From assembly GCA_963780185.1 (NCBI GenBank), contig CAWABA010000006.1, positions 480,001-544,000 of the forward strand: a DNA stretch of 64,000 bases, in the 5' to 3' direction. Under the pieces are notes generated by a model. The model saw only the letters and a list, made by a program, of their open reading frames with translations. It did not search any database and was not told the origin of the DNA. Numbering within the stretch: the stretch's first letter is position 1; every line of letters begins with the position of its first letter. Source of the stretch: Candidatus Bathyarchaeota archaeon. GTDB taxonomy: Archaea > Thermoproteota > Bathyarchaeia > Bathyarchaeales > Bathycorpusculaceae. Of the stretch, positions 38,354 through 49,367 are shown in pieces. Both the position numbers and the translations under genes were made by a program.

Positions 38354-40979
38354 ATGCGAACCCATAATAGAAGTTTAGCATTGTTTACAATTCTAATCAT
38401 ATTTTTCTCAACCCTGCTGATGATTGATTACGTGCCCTCTACGTTAGCGCAGGATGGAACAACTGTAACCGGCATCCTATCTTCAGACACAACTTGGACG
38501 CTTGCAGGCAGCCCCTACAACCTCACGGGTCCAGTGTCAGTCAACGTAGGAGTAACGTTGACGATACAGCCGGGAACAACCGTTAACATTGGCAGCTACT
38601 ACCTCCAAGTCAACGGCACTTTAACCGCTGAAGGTTCCAGCGGGAGCCCAATTCAGTTCAACGGCGGGTTACTTCGATTCACCCCAATATGCGTTCCATG
38701 GAACGAAAACACGGGAAGCGGCTGCATCGTCCAGTATGCGAATCTGGTGTCAACTTCAGTTTCTGCCAGCGTAGCAATAAAACTTGACCAAGACACTGTT
38801 TCAGGCGGCACCATCACCCTCGGCGACAACTCCGCGATAACAAACGACAACATGGCGGGGTCCGTTACCGCGGGGAACAGTGTAATATTCACGAACAACC
38901 AAATCAACGGCAGCGTCATCACAGGCAACAGCAGCACCATAACAAACAACAACATCGAAGCTGGAATTACCGCTGGCGATGGATGCAGCATCCTAAACAA
39001 CACGGTTGTAGGCGGAGTCGTTTGTTCAGGCAGTACGTCTGTAATCTCAGATAACAACATCCAAGGGGGCCAGGTTACCGGCGGCTCAATAACCGGCAAT
39101 ACAATATCCAGCGTTGCAGGCACCTTTGATAGTTGGAATGGTTACACCCTGCCTGATTTCCCCAACGTCGATGTCACTGGAAACGTGGTCTCAAACAACA
39201 AAATAACTAACGGCACAATCCAAGCCACAGAGATAGTAACCAACAATGTCATAGTGAGCGGAACCTACATAGGTGAGTTCAGGGTCTTCGGCGGCTACGC
39301 AGATTTCAAAGAAGACACCGCGGCAATTACCAGCACAAGCGGAGGCTCACCCGTAATTTCAGGCAACACCATAACGGGAGGCGGAACAAGCACTTCCGCA
39401 TTTATCTTCAGCGAGTCCAGCAGCACCGTCCCAGCCATCGACCTATCCTCAGGCAGCGCCGCATCAATCACCAACAACATCATTGTCGGTCGCTCTGGGT
39501 TAGCCATCAGCGGCAATTGCCCCTCAGTTACAAACAACACCATCACCGGAGACGTTGACGGGTCAATTCCAATAGTAACCAACAACACAGTCACGGGGTC
39601 ACTTAACCTCAGCAACGGCACCATATCCGTTCTATACAACACTGTCAGCTTGGAGGTTAACGTAAACGCGCCGTCATGGGTTATTATGGATAACACGGCG
39701 CAAGGAATAACGGTAAATCAAGGCAACGGGTACATTTTGGACAATACCGTCAACGGCAATAGCGTCAACGTGAACTCTACAGCAGGCACTAGGCATAGGA
39801 ATCGACGTCCTTGGAAGCGGAACAGTTGAAAGAAACATCGTGGAAAATAATCCCTTCGGAATAGCACTTGCCAACGGCACAGTTACCCTCCGCGACAACA
39901 CAATCATCAACAACAACGTTGGAATCGCCCTCTACTCACCCAACGCCGCAACCACAATCAACTACAACAACATCTTTTCCAACAGCCAAAACATCGTTTT
40001 AGAACCGAACACCCCCAGCAACTACAATGCAACCTACAATTGGTGGGGAACAACCGACACCAACGCGATAAACCAAACAATCTTCGACTCCAAAGACAAC
40101 TTTAACTTGGGCACAGTAACGTTTGTTCCGTTTCTCACCGCCTCGAACTCGCAAGCAACGCCAAACCCCAACGATGTTCCACCGACACCAAGCCAGTCAA
40201 CTCCAACAAATCCACAATTCACACTGAACCCCACCTCAGGTCCAGTGGGTGCAACTGTCCTGATTACGGGAACAGGCTACTCTCCAAATGAACCAGCAAC
40301 TTTCATTGTGGGCGGCAACGAAATGTTTGCCCCCGCCATCACCGCGGACGCCAACGGAAACATAAACGGCAACACCACTGTACCGTACTTGGCTACGGGG
40401 ACATACCAAATCGTGTCTTACGACGCTTCCGGCAAGACCGCCTCCGCAAACTTCGTGGTTACAAACGGCACATCTCAGACCCCCGCACCACATTACACCA
40501 TCACGATTACGCATGTTGGTTCGGGCACCGTTTCTCCAACTGATGGACAATACTCAATTAACGCGTCCCTGACACTCACAGCAACACCAGCCAGCAACTA
40601 CGCCTTCATGTGTTGGCTCCAAAACGGCACACTGCTTAGCTCAAGCAACCCATACAACTACGCAACCACAAACAACTACGTCATAACCGCCGTATTCTAC
40701 GACCCGAGCAGTAAAGCATCGGCTACCCCAACCCCGACGCCTGCATCAAGTTCCAGCGGTTCAGGCGACAACAATGCATCACCAACCCCAACATCCAGCG
40801 TCTCCGTCAACCCAACCGCCACAGCTACGACAAACCCGACTTCAACGCCTCTCTCAACCCCCAGCGTCCCAGAACTCACACTACTATCAATAGTTCCCTT
40901 GCTTGCCATTGCACTCTTCGTCGCCATCCAGCAGCGTCGCCGAAAAATCAACCAACCGCAGCAGACTGGCTCTCAGTGA
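38354..40979 (+). CDS. Secreted beta-helix surface protein with VPE-CTERM-like anchor; frameshift near 39790
   Basis: Paralog of 13234-15012 (SDTTWT..SPY; YNWWGTTD...FNLGTV) with additional Ig-like domains and VPEL-TM-RRRK. Confidence 0.85.
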
Positions 40980-41126
40980 GCCAACAGCGGCTGTTGCCCT
41001 TTTTTCCTTTCTACGCCATCTTTGCGAAGAAAAAGCAGGGTTACAGGTTAGCGTATTCTTGCGTAGACGTTTTTCGGGAAGGAAAAAGGAAATAAGCTCC
41101 GAGCGAGAATTCCATGTGAGAGGTTT

Positions 41127-41525
41127 ATGGTTATGTATGATGGATACGTGTTTTTCTGTGATAAATCTTCCTTACAACAGTGCCTAAGCAACAAACGTTA
41201 TACTTGCGTTGGGGAAAAAGCTAAGCCTGAGGAACTTAAGTCGGGGTCAGTGGTTTTCCTCTACAACTCGGACGATAAGAGTTTGCTTGGACCCTTCACG
41301 ACTTTAGAGGAAGGCGATGAGCTAGATGCAGGCACATGGGTTGAAAATGAGGAGCACCAATACCCCTACGATGACATTAAAGTAACATGGGAAGAGCTTC
41401 ACACCATCCAAAACGCGCCTGAAAAGCTCCCGTTCCTAAATGAGCCTAAAACATGCAAGCTTTCAATAGGCCAAACCCAGCGGACTCTGGATTTCCTCAA
41501 AAAGGGAGCAACCCTACATTTCTGA
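41127..41525 (+). CDS. DCD (development and cell death)-like / PUA-like domain protein
   Basis: GYVFFCDKSSLQQCL...LKSGSVVFLYNSDDKSLLGPF resembles the DCD pattern G.IF.C....EC...G..LFLY......L.G.F. Confidence 0.65.
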   Translation: MVMYDGYVFFCDKSSLQQCLSNKRYTCVGEKAKPEELKSGSVVFLYNSDDKSLLGPFTTLEEGDELDAGTWVENEEHQYPYDDIKVTWEELHTIQNAPEKLPFLNEPKTCKLSIGQTQRTLDFLKKGATLHF

Positions 41526-41551
41526 TAAAAACCGGTAAGACATAGGCTGCT

Positions 41552-41725
41552 TTAGCGGTCGCCAAACTTTTTTGCTTCTAAGCACACGATTTTGTGGCAG
41601 CTAGGGCAGCGAGTAAAGGTCAACTCAAAACCGTTCAGTACATCAAAGCACCGTTCAGTGTACAATTCGCGTTCTTTGTGGCTACAATTAAGCTGGCTTG
41701 CACTAACCAGCCTCTCTTCATCCAT
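41552..41725 (-). CDS. Small Cys-rich / zinc-finger protein (57 aa)
   Basis: MDEERLVSASQLNCSHKERELYTERCFDVLNGFELTFTRCPSCHKIVCLEAKKFGDR, preceded by GGAGAAGGAG. Confidence 0.7.
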   Translation of the reverse strand: MDEERLVSASQLNCSHKERELYTERCFDVLNGFELTFTRCPSCHKIVCLEAKKFGDR

Positions 41726-41884
41726 TCTCCTTCTCCAAACTTACCATGACCAAAAAAACTTATAACTTTTTTGGAAAACCACCCGAAAAACCGCGCCAAT
41801 TGATGCAGCATTTAAACCTGAGAAAACCATTGGAAAAACGTGAAGCGTTAAATAGCATAATCTTGCATGCATAAGTGACATCTC

Positions 41885-42968
41885 TTGGAGAAGCAAAACG
41901 TGAAAGAAAAAGGCCCCGTATTCATTGTACCTTGGCGATGCACCTTCCAATGCGACAGCAACTGCGTCCACTGCACCTCCGCAGGCAAACCCGCAGTTCC
42001 AAACGAACTTGACACCTCAGACGCATTGAAAATCGTGGATCAAGCCGCCGACTTCGGAGCCAGCTTTTTCGGAATCACAGGCGGGCAACCGTTTCTGCGA
42101 AAAGACCTTTTCCAAGTCATCGCCCACGCCAAAGAACTCGGCTTGAACGCCAGCATCATAACCGATGGACGCCTAATGGACAAAGAAGCCGTCGAAAACA
42201 TCGTCAAATACCAGGTTAAAATTTCAGTCAGCATCGATGGCGCAGAAAAAACCAACGATGCCATCCGTGGGCAGGGCGCTTACGCGGCTGCGGTTTCAGC
42301 AATAAAAAAGTTTTCAGAGGAGAAACTCCTAAATTGCCTCGTCTACACGTTCGCGAACGCTGACCCAGTGACGAACGCAAACGTCGAGGACATGCGTCAC
42401 GTGCTTGATTTAGCCCGCAAATATGACGCGCGTTGGGTTGTTTTCCACGGGTTTATTCCGTATAGCAAGGACAAAAAAGCCCTTTTGGCTGATTTGACGC
42501 CGCAGCAGTACGAGTGGGTATGCAATCAACTCTACGACTTAACCCTGGAGTATCAGGGGAAGCCTGGAATCAACATTTACATTCCTTTCTACGCGCGGGT
42601 GGCGAAGCAGCGAGGCATGCCTGACTTCGAAAAGTGGTACAACAATTTCTTTTTGGGCAGATGCTTCTTCGGCAAATTCTTCAGCGTTGCAGAAAACGGC
42701 GACGCCATACCCTGCAGCTACAACGACGCATACAGGCTCGGCAACATAAAAGACAAGTCGCTCAAGCAGATATGGGATGACATGCAGAGCAGCGAATTCT
42801 TCACCAAAGTCAAGGACAAAAGCAAAATCAAAGGAAAATGCGGTGTCTGCGAATACAAGGATCTTTGCGGCAGGCTGCCGATCAGCAGCGCTCTACTACA
42901 CGGGAGACATTCTGGGCTCAGACTTGCGATGCGCCTACATTCCGCGAGCTTTAAGGAAAAAGAAATAG
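41885..42968 (+). CDS. Radical SAM/SPASM protein (AhbC/AhbD/NirJ/PqqE-like); frameshift near 42870
   Basis: CDSNCVHC, ITGGQP, VSIDG and GKCGVCEYKDLCG / GCRSAALYYTGDILGSDLRCAYIP. Confidence 0.88.
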
Positions 42969-43112
42969 CCGCCAAACTCCAGAGTTTTAAAAAGTTCATT
43001 TTTTCTAAGTCTTAGAAAGAATTCCGTGTTATACCTGATCTTAACCGTGAATTTGGCAAGAATTTAAAAGGCAACCAAGCGTAAATATGGGAAATCAGGA
43101 AGAGAGATAGCA

Positions 43113-44942
43113 ATGGGTGAATACAAACTAGGGTTCAGTGGAAACTCTAGAAGATTAAGGAAACTGGCAAAACCAGCCGTCCTAACAATATGCGCATTAC
43201 TTATCATCAGCACCTTGTCGGTTTTAACGTTTAAACGAGCTCAAGGCGCATCGACCACGCTTGCGTTGCACACTTCGGGAAACCAGATACTTGACTCAAA
43301 CAACAATCCGGTCTACCTACGAGGAGTAGGCATGGCTGGGATGACCCCTGACCTGATTTTCTGGGGAACAGGCGGCGGCGACAGTTGGGGCGACCAATGG
43401 CAATCAGCCTCATCGGCCTCCGTCACGCAGACGTTCCAAGCGATGTCCACAACATGGCATGTCAACATGATACGCATCTTCATCTACCCAGAATGGTGGA
43501 TGATGAACAACATTGTGCCAGCCACGGCGTCGGGCCAAGGATACAGCACCACCGCAGTCAACACGCAAACCTACCTCCAAACACTCGCCAGCGAAGCAGA
43601 ACAGTACGGAATCTACTTAGACATAGTACCGTACCAGCTTACCTGCTACAAAGGCTCATTCAGCTCAGACCCGTACATTTCCTCAAACATGGCTGGATCA
43701 CAGGGATTACCCCTAATGAACAACTGGGACACGGCGGCAAGCAGTTACATTGCAAGCACAGGTTTAACGGAGCAAGCGTTTTGGATAAGTTTCTGGACGT
43801 CGATGGCTAACGGGCTTAAAGCGTACCCAAACGTCATATTCGAAGCATGGAACGAGCCCGGCGGAAGTTCAGCTAACACGATACCGTCAAGCTACCTGAG
43901 CTATTTGACGACGATGTACAACGCGATTAGAGCCGCTGGCTCAACGAACCTAATCATGATGCAGTGGCAACCCGGATGGGAACCCAACGCAGGCCTAAAC
44001 CTAAGCTGGGCATCGCAGATTAACACCGCGCTCGGCGGAAGCCCCACCAACATGGTTTACACGACGCATCTTTACTATTACTCGCCGTCTGACAACAGCC
44101 GATTTTGGGATCAAAGCGGTTCAGGTTCAAGCGGAACGCCAATGACTGTGGCACAGCTTGAAACCCAGTTGCAGGGTCTCGAAACAGGCATGGGAATTAG
44201 TGCCCCGCTTGTGATTAATGAGGAAGGCTCCTGTCTCTCGTCGTCAAGCAACGTTCAAAACGATTACACCTGGTTTGGCAACGTGCTTCAAGCTCAGAAT
44301 GCGCTGGAAATCGGCGCAGGAGCCTACTACTGGCTAAGCAGCAGCGGACTAGGCGGAACCTACGACGGCGAATATCTCCTGACAAGCGGCTACACGGCAG
44401 CCAACATGGGACAAGATTACATCAACGCTTACACAGGAACCACAACAACCCCGTCTCCCCCGCCGACACCTACACCCACACCAACTCCAACTCCGAAGCC
44501 TACTCCTACACCAACTCCTTCTCCAGCACCAACTCCAACCCCAACACCTACCCCAACTCCCACACCAACGTCAACGGCCACACCAACTGGAACTCCAACG
44601 CCAACGCCTACTCCGACACCAACACCCACACCAACCCTAACCCCCACACCAACGCCAACACCCACGCCAACCGCGACTCCAACCTCAACTCCAAAGCCAA
44701 CGCCAGACCCAACCGCAACTCCAACACCTACACCAACCCCAGCACCGACTCCCTCACCAACCCCCAAGACAACAGCAACACCAAAACCAACCGCAACCCC
44801 AACCCCCAAGCCAACCCTAAGACCCACGTCTACGCCCACGCCAGCTCCGATAAGGCACCATCGAGGACACAGCGCAATTCTGACTGTATCTTCGTCGTCA
44901 TCGCCGTTTTCGTTCATCTTCAAGCTCTTTTCTTTTCTTTAA
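43113..44942 (+). CDS. Glycoside hydrolase family 5-like secreted protein with long Pro/Thr linker
   Basis: [33 protein letters not shown] (acid/base Glu), HLYY and VINEEG (nucleophile Glu). Confidence 0.88.
   Translation: MGEYKLGFSGNSRRLRKLAKPAVLTICALLIISTLSVLTFKRAQGASTTLALHTSGNQILDSNNNPVYLRGVGMAGMTPDLIFWGTGGGDSWGDQWQSASSASVTQTFQAMSTTWHVNMIRIFIYPEWWMMNNIVPATASGQGYSTTAVNTQTYLQTLASEAEQYGIYLDIVPYQLTCYKGSFSSDPYISSNMAGSQGLPLMNNWDTAASSYIASTGLTEQAFWISFWTSMANGLKAYPNVIFEAWNEPGGSSANTIPSSYLSYLTTMYNAIRAAGSTNLIMMQWQPGWEPNAGLNLSWASQINTALGGSPTNMVYTTHLYYYSPSDNSRFWDQSGSGSSGTPMTVAQLETQLQGLETGMGISAPLVINEEGSCLSSSSNVQNDYTWFGNVLQAQNALEIGAGAYYWLSSSGLGGTYDGEYLLTSGYTAANMGQDYINAYTGTTTTPSPPPTPTPTPTPTPKPTPTPTPSPAPTPTPTPTPTPTPTSTATPTGTPTPTPTPTPTPTPTLTPTPTPTPTPTATPTSTPKPTPDPTATPTPTPTPAPTPSPTPKTTATPKPTATPTPKPTLRPTSTPTPAPIRHHRGHSAILTVSSSSSPFSFIFKLFSFL
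44440..44848 (+). repeat. Coding (Pro-Thr)n low-complexity repeat
   Basis: Degenerate CCNACN hexamers encoding TPTPTP. Confidence 0.9.
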
Positions 44943-45156
44943 AGAGCAAAATCCGAGATTTCTCTCAAACCAACTAGTCTAAGATACAAGAAAAAAAGGG
45001 TACAAAGGATGCCCTAAGTTAAGAAGATGTTTTGGAAGCCACCTAGAAAAAATCGAATCACGTTGATATCCTAATTAGGCAGGTTAGTGGGAGTGGCGTG
45101 CACCCAAAAAAATTAAGGAAGAGAGAGGGGGGTAAAGGGAATCATTTGGATGCACG

Positions 45157-45459
45157 TCACACGTTTAGGAACTTCTCAGGTAGTGTCGGAAAAGGGCGCC
45201 GTAAGTTCTTCTTGACTTGCTGTAGTTGAGCTTGTGCTTTGGTTTTTGGGAAAAGCTGTTTTTGTGTTTCTTTGCTTGTGATGAAGACGGATCCGCCGTT
45301 TTTCAGGTGCTGCTTTACCTGGCAGAAATCTACTTGGTCAGCTTCCTGAACTTCAACGTCGTTGCTTGAATCGTTGTCCAGCAGAAGGACTTGAAACATC
45401 GGGGTCTTAGTTTTTTTGTTTTCAATAGAAGTTTTCAAAGAACTTTTCCCTTCCCGCAA
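45157..45459 (-). CDS. Hypothetical protein
   Basis: MFQVLLLDNDSSNDVEVQEADQVDFCQVKQHLKNGGSVFITSK has protein-like composition; no family recognised. Confidence 0.6.
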   Translation of the reverse strand: MREGKSSLKTSIENKKTKTPMFQVLLLDNDSSNDVEVQEADQVDFCQVKQHLKNGGSVFITSKETQKQLFPKTKAQAQLQQVKKNLRRPFPTLPEKFLNV

Positions 45460-45521
45460 TTAGAGAATAAGTATTATTTGATTCGATAAATTCTTAAAGC
45501 TATGTGACTGTCAAGCGACTA

Positions 45522-46205
45522 CTACAAAGTGGCTTCCACGGGGTTTATTGCTGCAGAATGAACGCAGCCACACTGCTTATCCGCCAAGGTCGGAACAATC
45601 AAATCAGGCTTCGCCCCTTCAAGCTCCGCTCGTGAATAGACGCCTGTGAGAACCGCAACGCAGCCCATGTTCGCTGATTTAGCCGCCTTAACCCCGAACA
45701 GAGAATCCTCCACAACCACGCATCGTTCCGGCTTTGCCCCAAGCTTCGCCGCCGTTTTCAGGAAAATCTCTGGGTTAGGCTTTGAATGCGAAATCGACTC
45801 AGCCGTGAGAACCACTCTAAAGTATTTCTCTACGTCTTTGGCTTTCAGCAGATGGCTGATGACTGAGTAATTGTTCATTGAAGCTAAACCCATCCTTATT
45901 TTGCCATGCAACGCTTCAAGAAGCTCTCTGGCTCCCGAAAACAGAGGCACTTGGTCGGTGAGTTCGATTTCAAGTTCGCTCTTGCGTTCAACAAGGCGCT
46001 GGACTGTTTTTTCGTCAAATGGCGTTTTGGCTGCCCGCAGAATGTCTCTGAAAGTATCTGCCGCGCCGATGCCGATTCTCCGCTCAATATATTCGTCGCT
46101 TACTTTGCAGTCGATTTCGCCGAGAGCCTTCTGGAATGAAACCACGATTACTCGGCGGGTGTCACCTAAGGTGCCGTCCCAATCAAAAATAGCTGCTTCA
46201 AACAT
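45522..46205 (-). CDS. HAD-family phosphatase
   Basis: IFDWDGTL, LAS, SKPNPEIF and VVEDSLFGVKAA motifs. Confidence 0.93.
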   Translation of the reverse strand: MFEAAIFDWDGTLGDTRRVIVVSFQKALGEIDCKVSDEYIERRIGIGAADTFRDILRAAKTPFDEKTVQRLVERKSELEIELTDQVPLFSGARELLEALHGKIRMGLASMNNYSVISHLLKAKDVEKYFRVVLTAESISHSKPNPEIFLKTAAKLGAKPERCVVVEDSLFGVKAAKSANMGCVAVLTGVYSRAELEGAKPDLIVPTLADKQCGCVHSAAINPVEATL

Positions 46206-46216
46206 GGCGGCTCAGG

Positions 46217-47024
46217 CTAGTTTAGGTTCAGTTTTTCTCGGATTTCCTGGCTTTTCTTCGTGGCTTCTTCTATGGCGCGGATCATTGCGGGTCGGATTTG
46301 GCTTTGCTCAATCTGGTAGATGGCTTCAATCGTTGTTCCGCCGGGCGTGGTGGTCATGTCTTTGATTTTTGACGGCTCCTCATGCAGGTCCAAAACCAGC
46401 TTGCCTGTTCCCATCACGGTTTGGGCTGCACAGGTTAATGCGATGTTGCGGGGCAACCCTACTTTGAGCCCGGCGTAAGTTAAGGCTTCGACGATGATGG
46501 ACATGTAGCCTGGACCGCTTCCGCTAACCGCGGTTATTGCATCCAAGTATTTTTCGTCCAGTTCGTCGCATATGCCGAACATGTTCAGCAACGTTTTAAC
46601 TTTTTCTTTGTCCTCTGCGGTGACGTTGGGTTCGCAGCAATAAGCCGTGTAGGCAGCCTGCACCAAGGCGCCGAGGTTAGGCATTATTCGCACAATTCGC
46701 GCGTCAGGCGCGTTCTTCCGCAAGAAACTTCAGCGGCACCGTGGCAGCAACAGAAATCAGTAGTTTATCCTTAATTTCCACGTTAATTTCCTTGAGAACC
46801 TTTGCCACATCGCCAGGCTTAACTATGATGAAAACGATGTCGGCGTCTGCAGCGGCTTTCTTGTTGTCTGTTGAAGTTTTTACGCCGAGGCTTTCAAATT
46901 CCTTAAGCCGTTCCAACGCAATGTCAACCGCCGTTATCTTGCCTTTGTAGCCGCTTTTAAGCAGGCTTTTGATGATGGCGCCGCCCATCATTCCTGAACC
47001 GATAACCGTGATTTTGTCATTCAT
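46217..47024 (-). CDS. proC: Pyrroline-5-carboxylate reductase; frameshift near 46725
   Basis: IGSGMMG, IVKP, ISVAA / RIMPN, TAVSGSGPGY and TTPGGTT. Confidence 0.93.
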
Positions 47025-47356
47025 CGCTGTTCACTTGCTACTTATGCACTTGCACTTAGCTCTTAAACTTTTTTCGCCTTAGCCGACTCACATTTCTCCT
47101 TGGCAAAGGGTTTAGTGTTTCCTGTATATTTTAAATACTAGTTACAAACAAATTGGACGCCCACGGGGAAGGCGAGACACAGCTGTCTTGCTTGCGGTAT
47201 AATCGATGAAGCGAAGGAGAGATTAAGGGCGGCGAAAGAACAGACGATTCTTTTTTACGCATCGACCTCAATGCGCCAATTCGTAAAAACCGCTTGAAAG
47301 CCTTCCCAACATCAAAATTCAGAAGGCATTAAGTCAAAAACCTAAGAGGAAAAATC

Positions 47357-49312
47357 ATGAATAAAAAAATAATTGAAGCAATTTGTATAACCGCGTTGCT
47401 GGTTGTGTCATCTTTTGCTCTGCTAAACGTCGGGCACGCCACAGCGCTCACCGTAAGCCTAATTGACACTGTCACGGGCACAAATTCAGGTTATCTGCAT
47501 GAGGCAATCCAATACAGCGGGTCAGGACTGGATAATACTAAAAGCTACGCTATTTATTTGCATCTGGAAGGCAGCTCAAGCAGCAGCGACTACCACGTCA
47601 CTACAGTATATTATCAAAGTAGTTTCACGATACCCAGCGATGGTTTTCCAGCAGGCTTAGGTGGAGTTTACGATGTTCAACTGAGAGACGCTGGAACAAA
47701 CAGCGTTTTGACTTCAAGCACTTTTACCCTGTTTACCACGGTCACTTTCTTGCAGAGTGATGGTAGCAGCGACGGATTAGCGCCATTCTACTTTATGGCA
47801 GGCATGCAGGTTGGAATTTTCTGCGAGGCTCTCTCTAAGGCTGACGCAAGCACTGACACATTCTTAACCACTTATGACGGAAATTCAGTCTCCGTAAGTT
47901 ACACAAAATGGACATTGGAGAATGGCGCCGTTTGGGGGGTTTTCACTATCCCATCAAATGCGGCACTCGGCATCCATACAATAGTTGTCACAGACCAAAC
48001 GACAGGTGACACTGGTACAGGGCAATTCACGGTTCTGGCTCCAATAATTATCAGTGTTTCGCCTTCAGGCAAAGCCTTAGATTACGCGATGACACAGAGG
48101 CTTACTGCTACAGCTTCAGGCGGTCTTGCGCCTCTAACATACTTTTGGTCCAAAAACGGTACCGTGGTTCAATCCGGAACCTCCAACTATTATGATTACT
48201 ACGGCTTGATTGCAGATGAGCCTGCAGTCAGAATCAGCTGTACGGTGTATGATAACACCTACATTCATTATTCAGCAACATCAGCAGACTCCATAATTAC
48301 AATAAATAATTACCCTGCAATAGGCATCGACATCACCACTGGGTCCTCACCCGTAGCGGTTGGTCAATCAATAACGTTCACAGCGACCACATTTAACGGC
48401 GTTCCAACTAGCTACGCGTGGTACGCAAACAGTGTCCTCCAAAATGGAGTTTCAGGTGCAACATTTACTTACACGCCCTCAGCCGTGGGAACTGGGTCAG
48501 TCGCGGTCTACGCAGTAGCGACCGACGCCGCTGCCCAACAAGCAACCTCAAGCACCAAAACCATTACGGTAACTCAAGGCGTCCCCTTGATGGGAACATT
48601 AAACGTGAACCCTAACCCAGCCAACTCTGGAACCCAAGTTACAGGATCCGTCACCGTCTCGCCGCCGTCAGCAGGCTGCGCAACACCAACTGGAACCGTT
48701 AACTTCCAAGTCCAAGTCGACACCGGCGCATGGACAACTTTTAGCACAAAAACCCTCGATGGAAGCGGACAAGCCACATCTGACCCCTACCCGTCGTCAG
48801 GCGGCGTATCGATCGCTCACACCTACAAGTTCCAAGCAGTCTACGGCGGCGACACCAACTACCTCTCGCAAACAAGCAGCTCCAGCACCCAGCTAACCGT
48901 GAATCCCACGCCCCACGTCGTCTTCTCGTGCCCGACCAACGTTACTTCGGGAACTGCCTTCAGCCTCACCGTAACTGTTCAAGACGCATATTCAGGTGCA
49001 ACCCTGACAAGCTACTCGGGACCCGTCACCTTAGCGCCCAGCACAGGAACCCTCAGCCTGACGCAAGTTCCAATTTCAAACGGTATTTGGACAGGGCAGC
49101 AAACGTTGACTTCAACCAGCAGCTCAGCCACTATAACAGCATCCGACAGCTCGGGCACGCTTGGAGTAAGCACCGCAATAAACTTGGACCAGCCTGTGGT
49201 GCCTGAGTCGCCTCAATTGCTACTGATCTTTTCAGTCGTGTTGGCGTTTGCGACGTTGGCAGTCTCTGTCGGCATCAGACGACCCAAACCCGTTCAAGGA
49301 AAAAATGAATAA
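47357..49312 (+). CDS. Secreted Ig-like repeat surface protein with PE-CTERM-like anchor
   Basis: Signal peptide, Ig-like repeats (ASGGLAPLTYFW; PTGTVNF...AVYGGDTNY) and VPESPQLLL-TM-RRPK. Confidence 0.85.
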   Translation: MNKKIIEAICITALLVVSSFALLNVGHATALTVSLIDTVTGTNSGYLHEAIQYSGSGLDNTKSYAIYLHLEGSSSSSDYHVTTVYYQSSFTIPSDGFPAGLGGVYDVQLRDAGTNSVLTSSTFTLFTTVTFLQSDGSSDGLAPFYFMAGMQVGIFCEALSKADASTDTFLTTYDGNSVSVSYTKWTLENGAVWGVFTIPSNAALGIHTIVVTDQTTGDTGTGQFTVLAPIIISVSPSGKALDYAMTQRLTATASGGLAPLTYFWSKNGTVVQSGTSNYYDYYGLIADEPAVRISCTVYDNTYIHYSATSADSIITINNYPAIGIDITTGSSPVAVGQSITFTATTFNGVPTSYAWYANSVLQNGVSGATFTYTPSAVGTGSVAVYAVATDAAAQQATSSTKTITVTQGVPLMGTLNVNPNPANSGTQVTGSVTVSPPSAGCATPTGTVNFQVQVDTGAWTTFSTKTLDGSGQATSDPYPSSGGVSIAHTYKFQAVYGGDTNYLSQTSSSSTQLTVNPTPHVVFSCPTNVTSGTAFSLTVTVQDAYSGATLTSYSGPVTLAPSTGTLSLTQVPISNGIWTGQQTLTSTSSSATITASDSSGTLGVSTAINLDQPVVPESPQLLLIFSVVLAFATLAVSVGIRRPKPVQGKNE

Positions 49313-49367
49313 GATAACAGAACAGGGGCATAACGCCTCTTCTTTTCTTTGTTTCAGTTTTCTGTTC

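Noticed and set aside
44429-44923. Val-Gly repeat ORF, or a CRISPR-like array
   Set aside because: It is the antisense of the Pro-Thr linker. No repeat-spacer array or cas gene was seen anywhere in the window.
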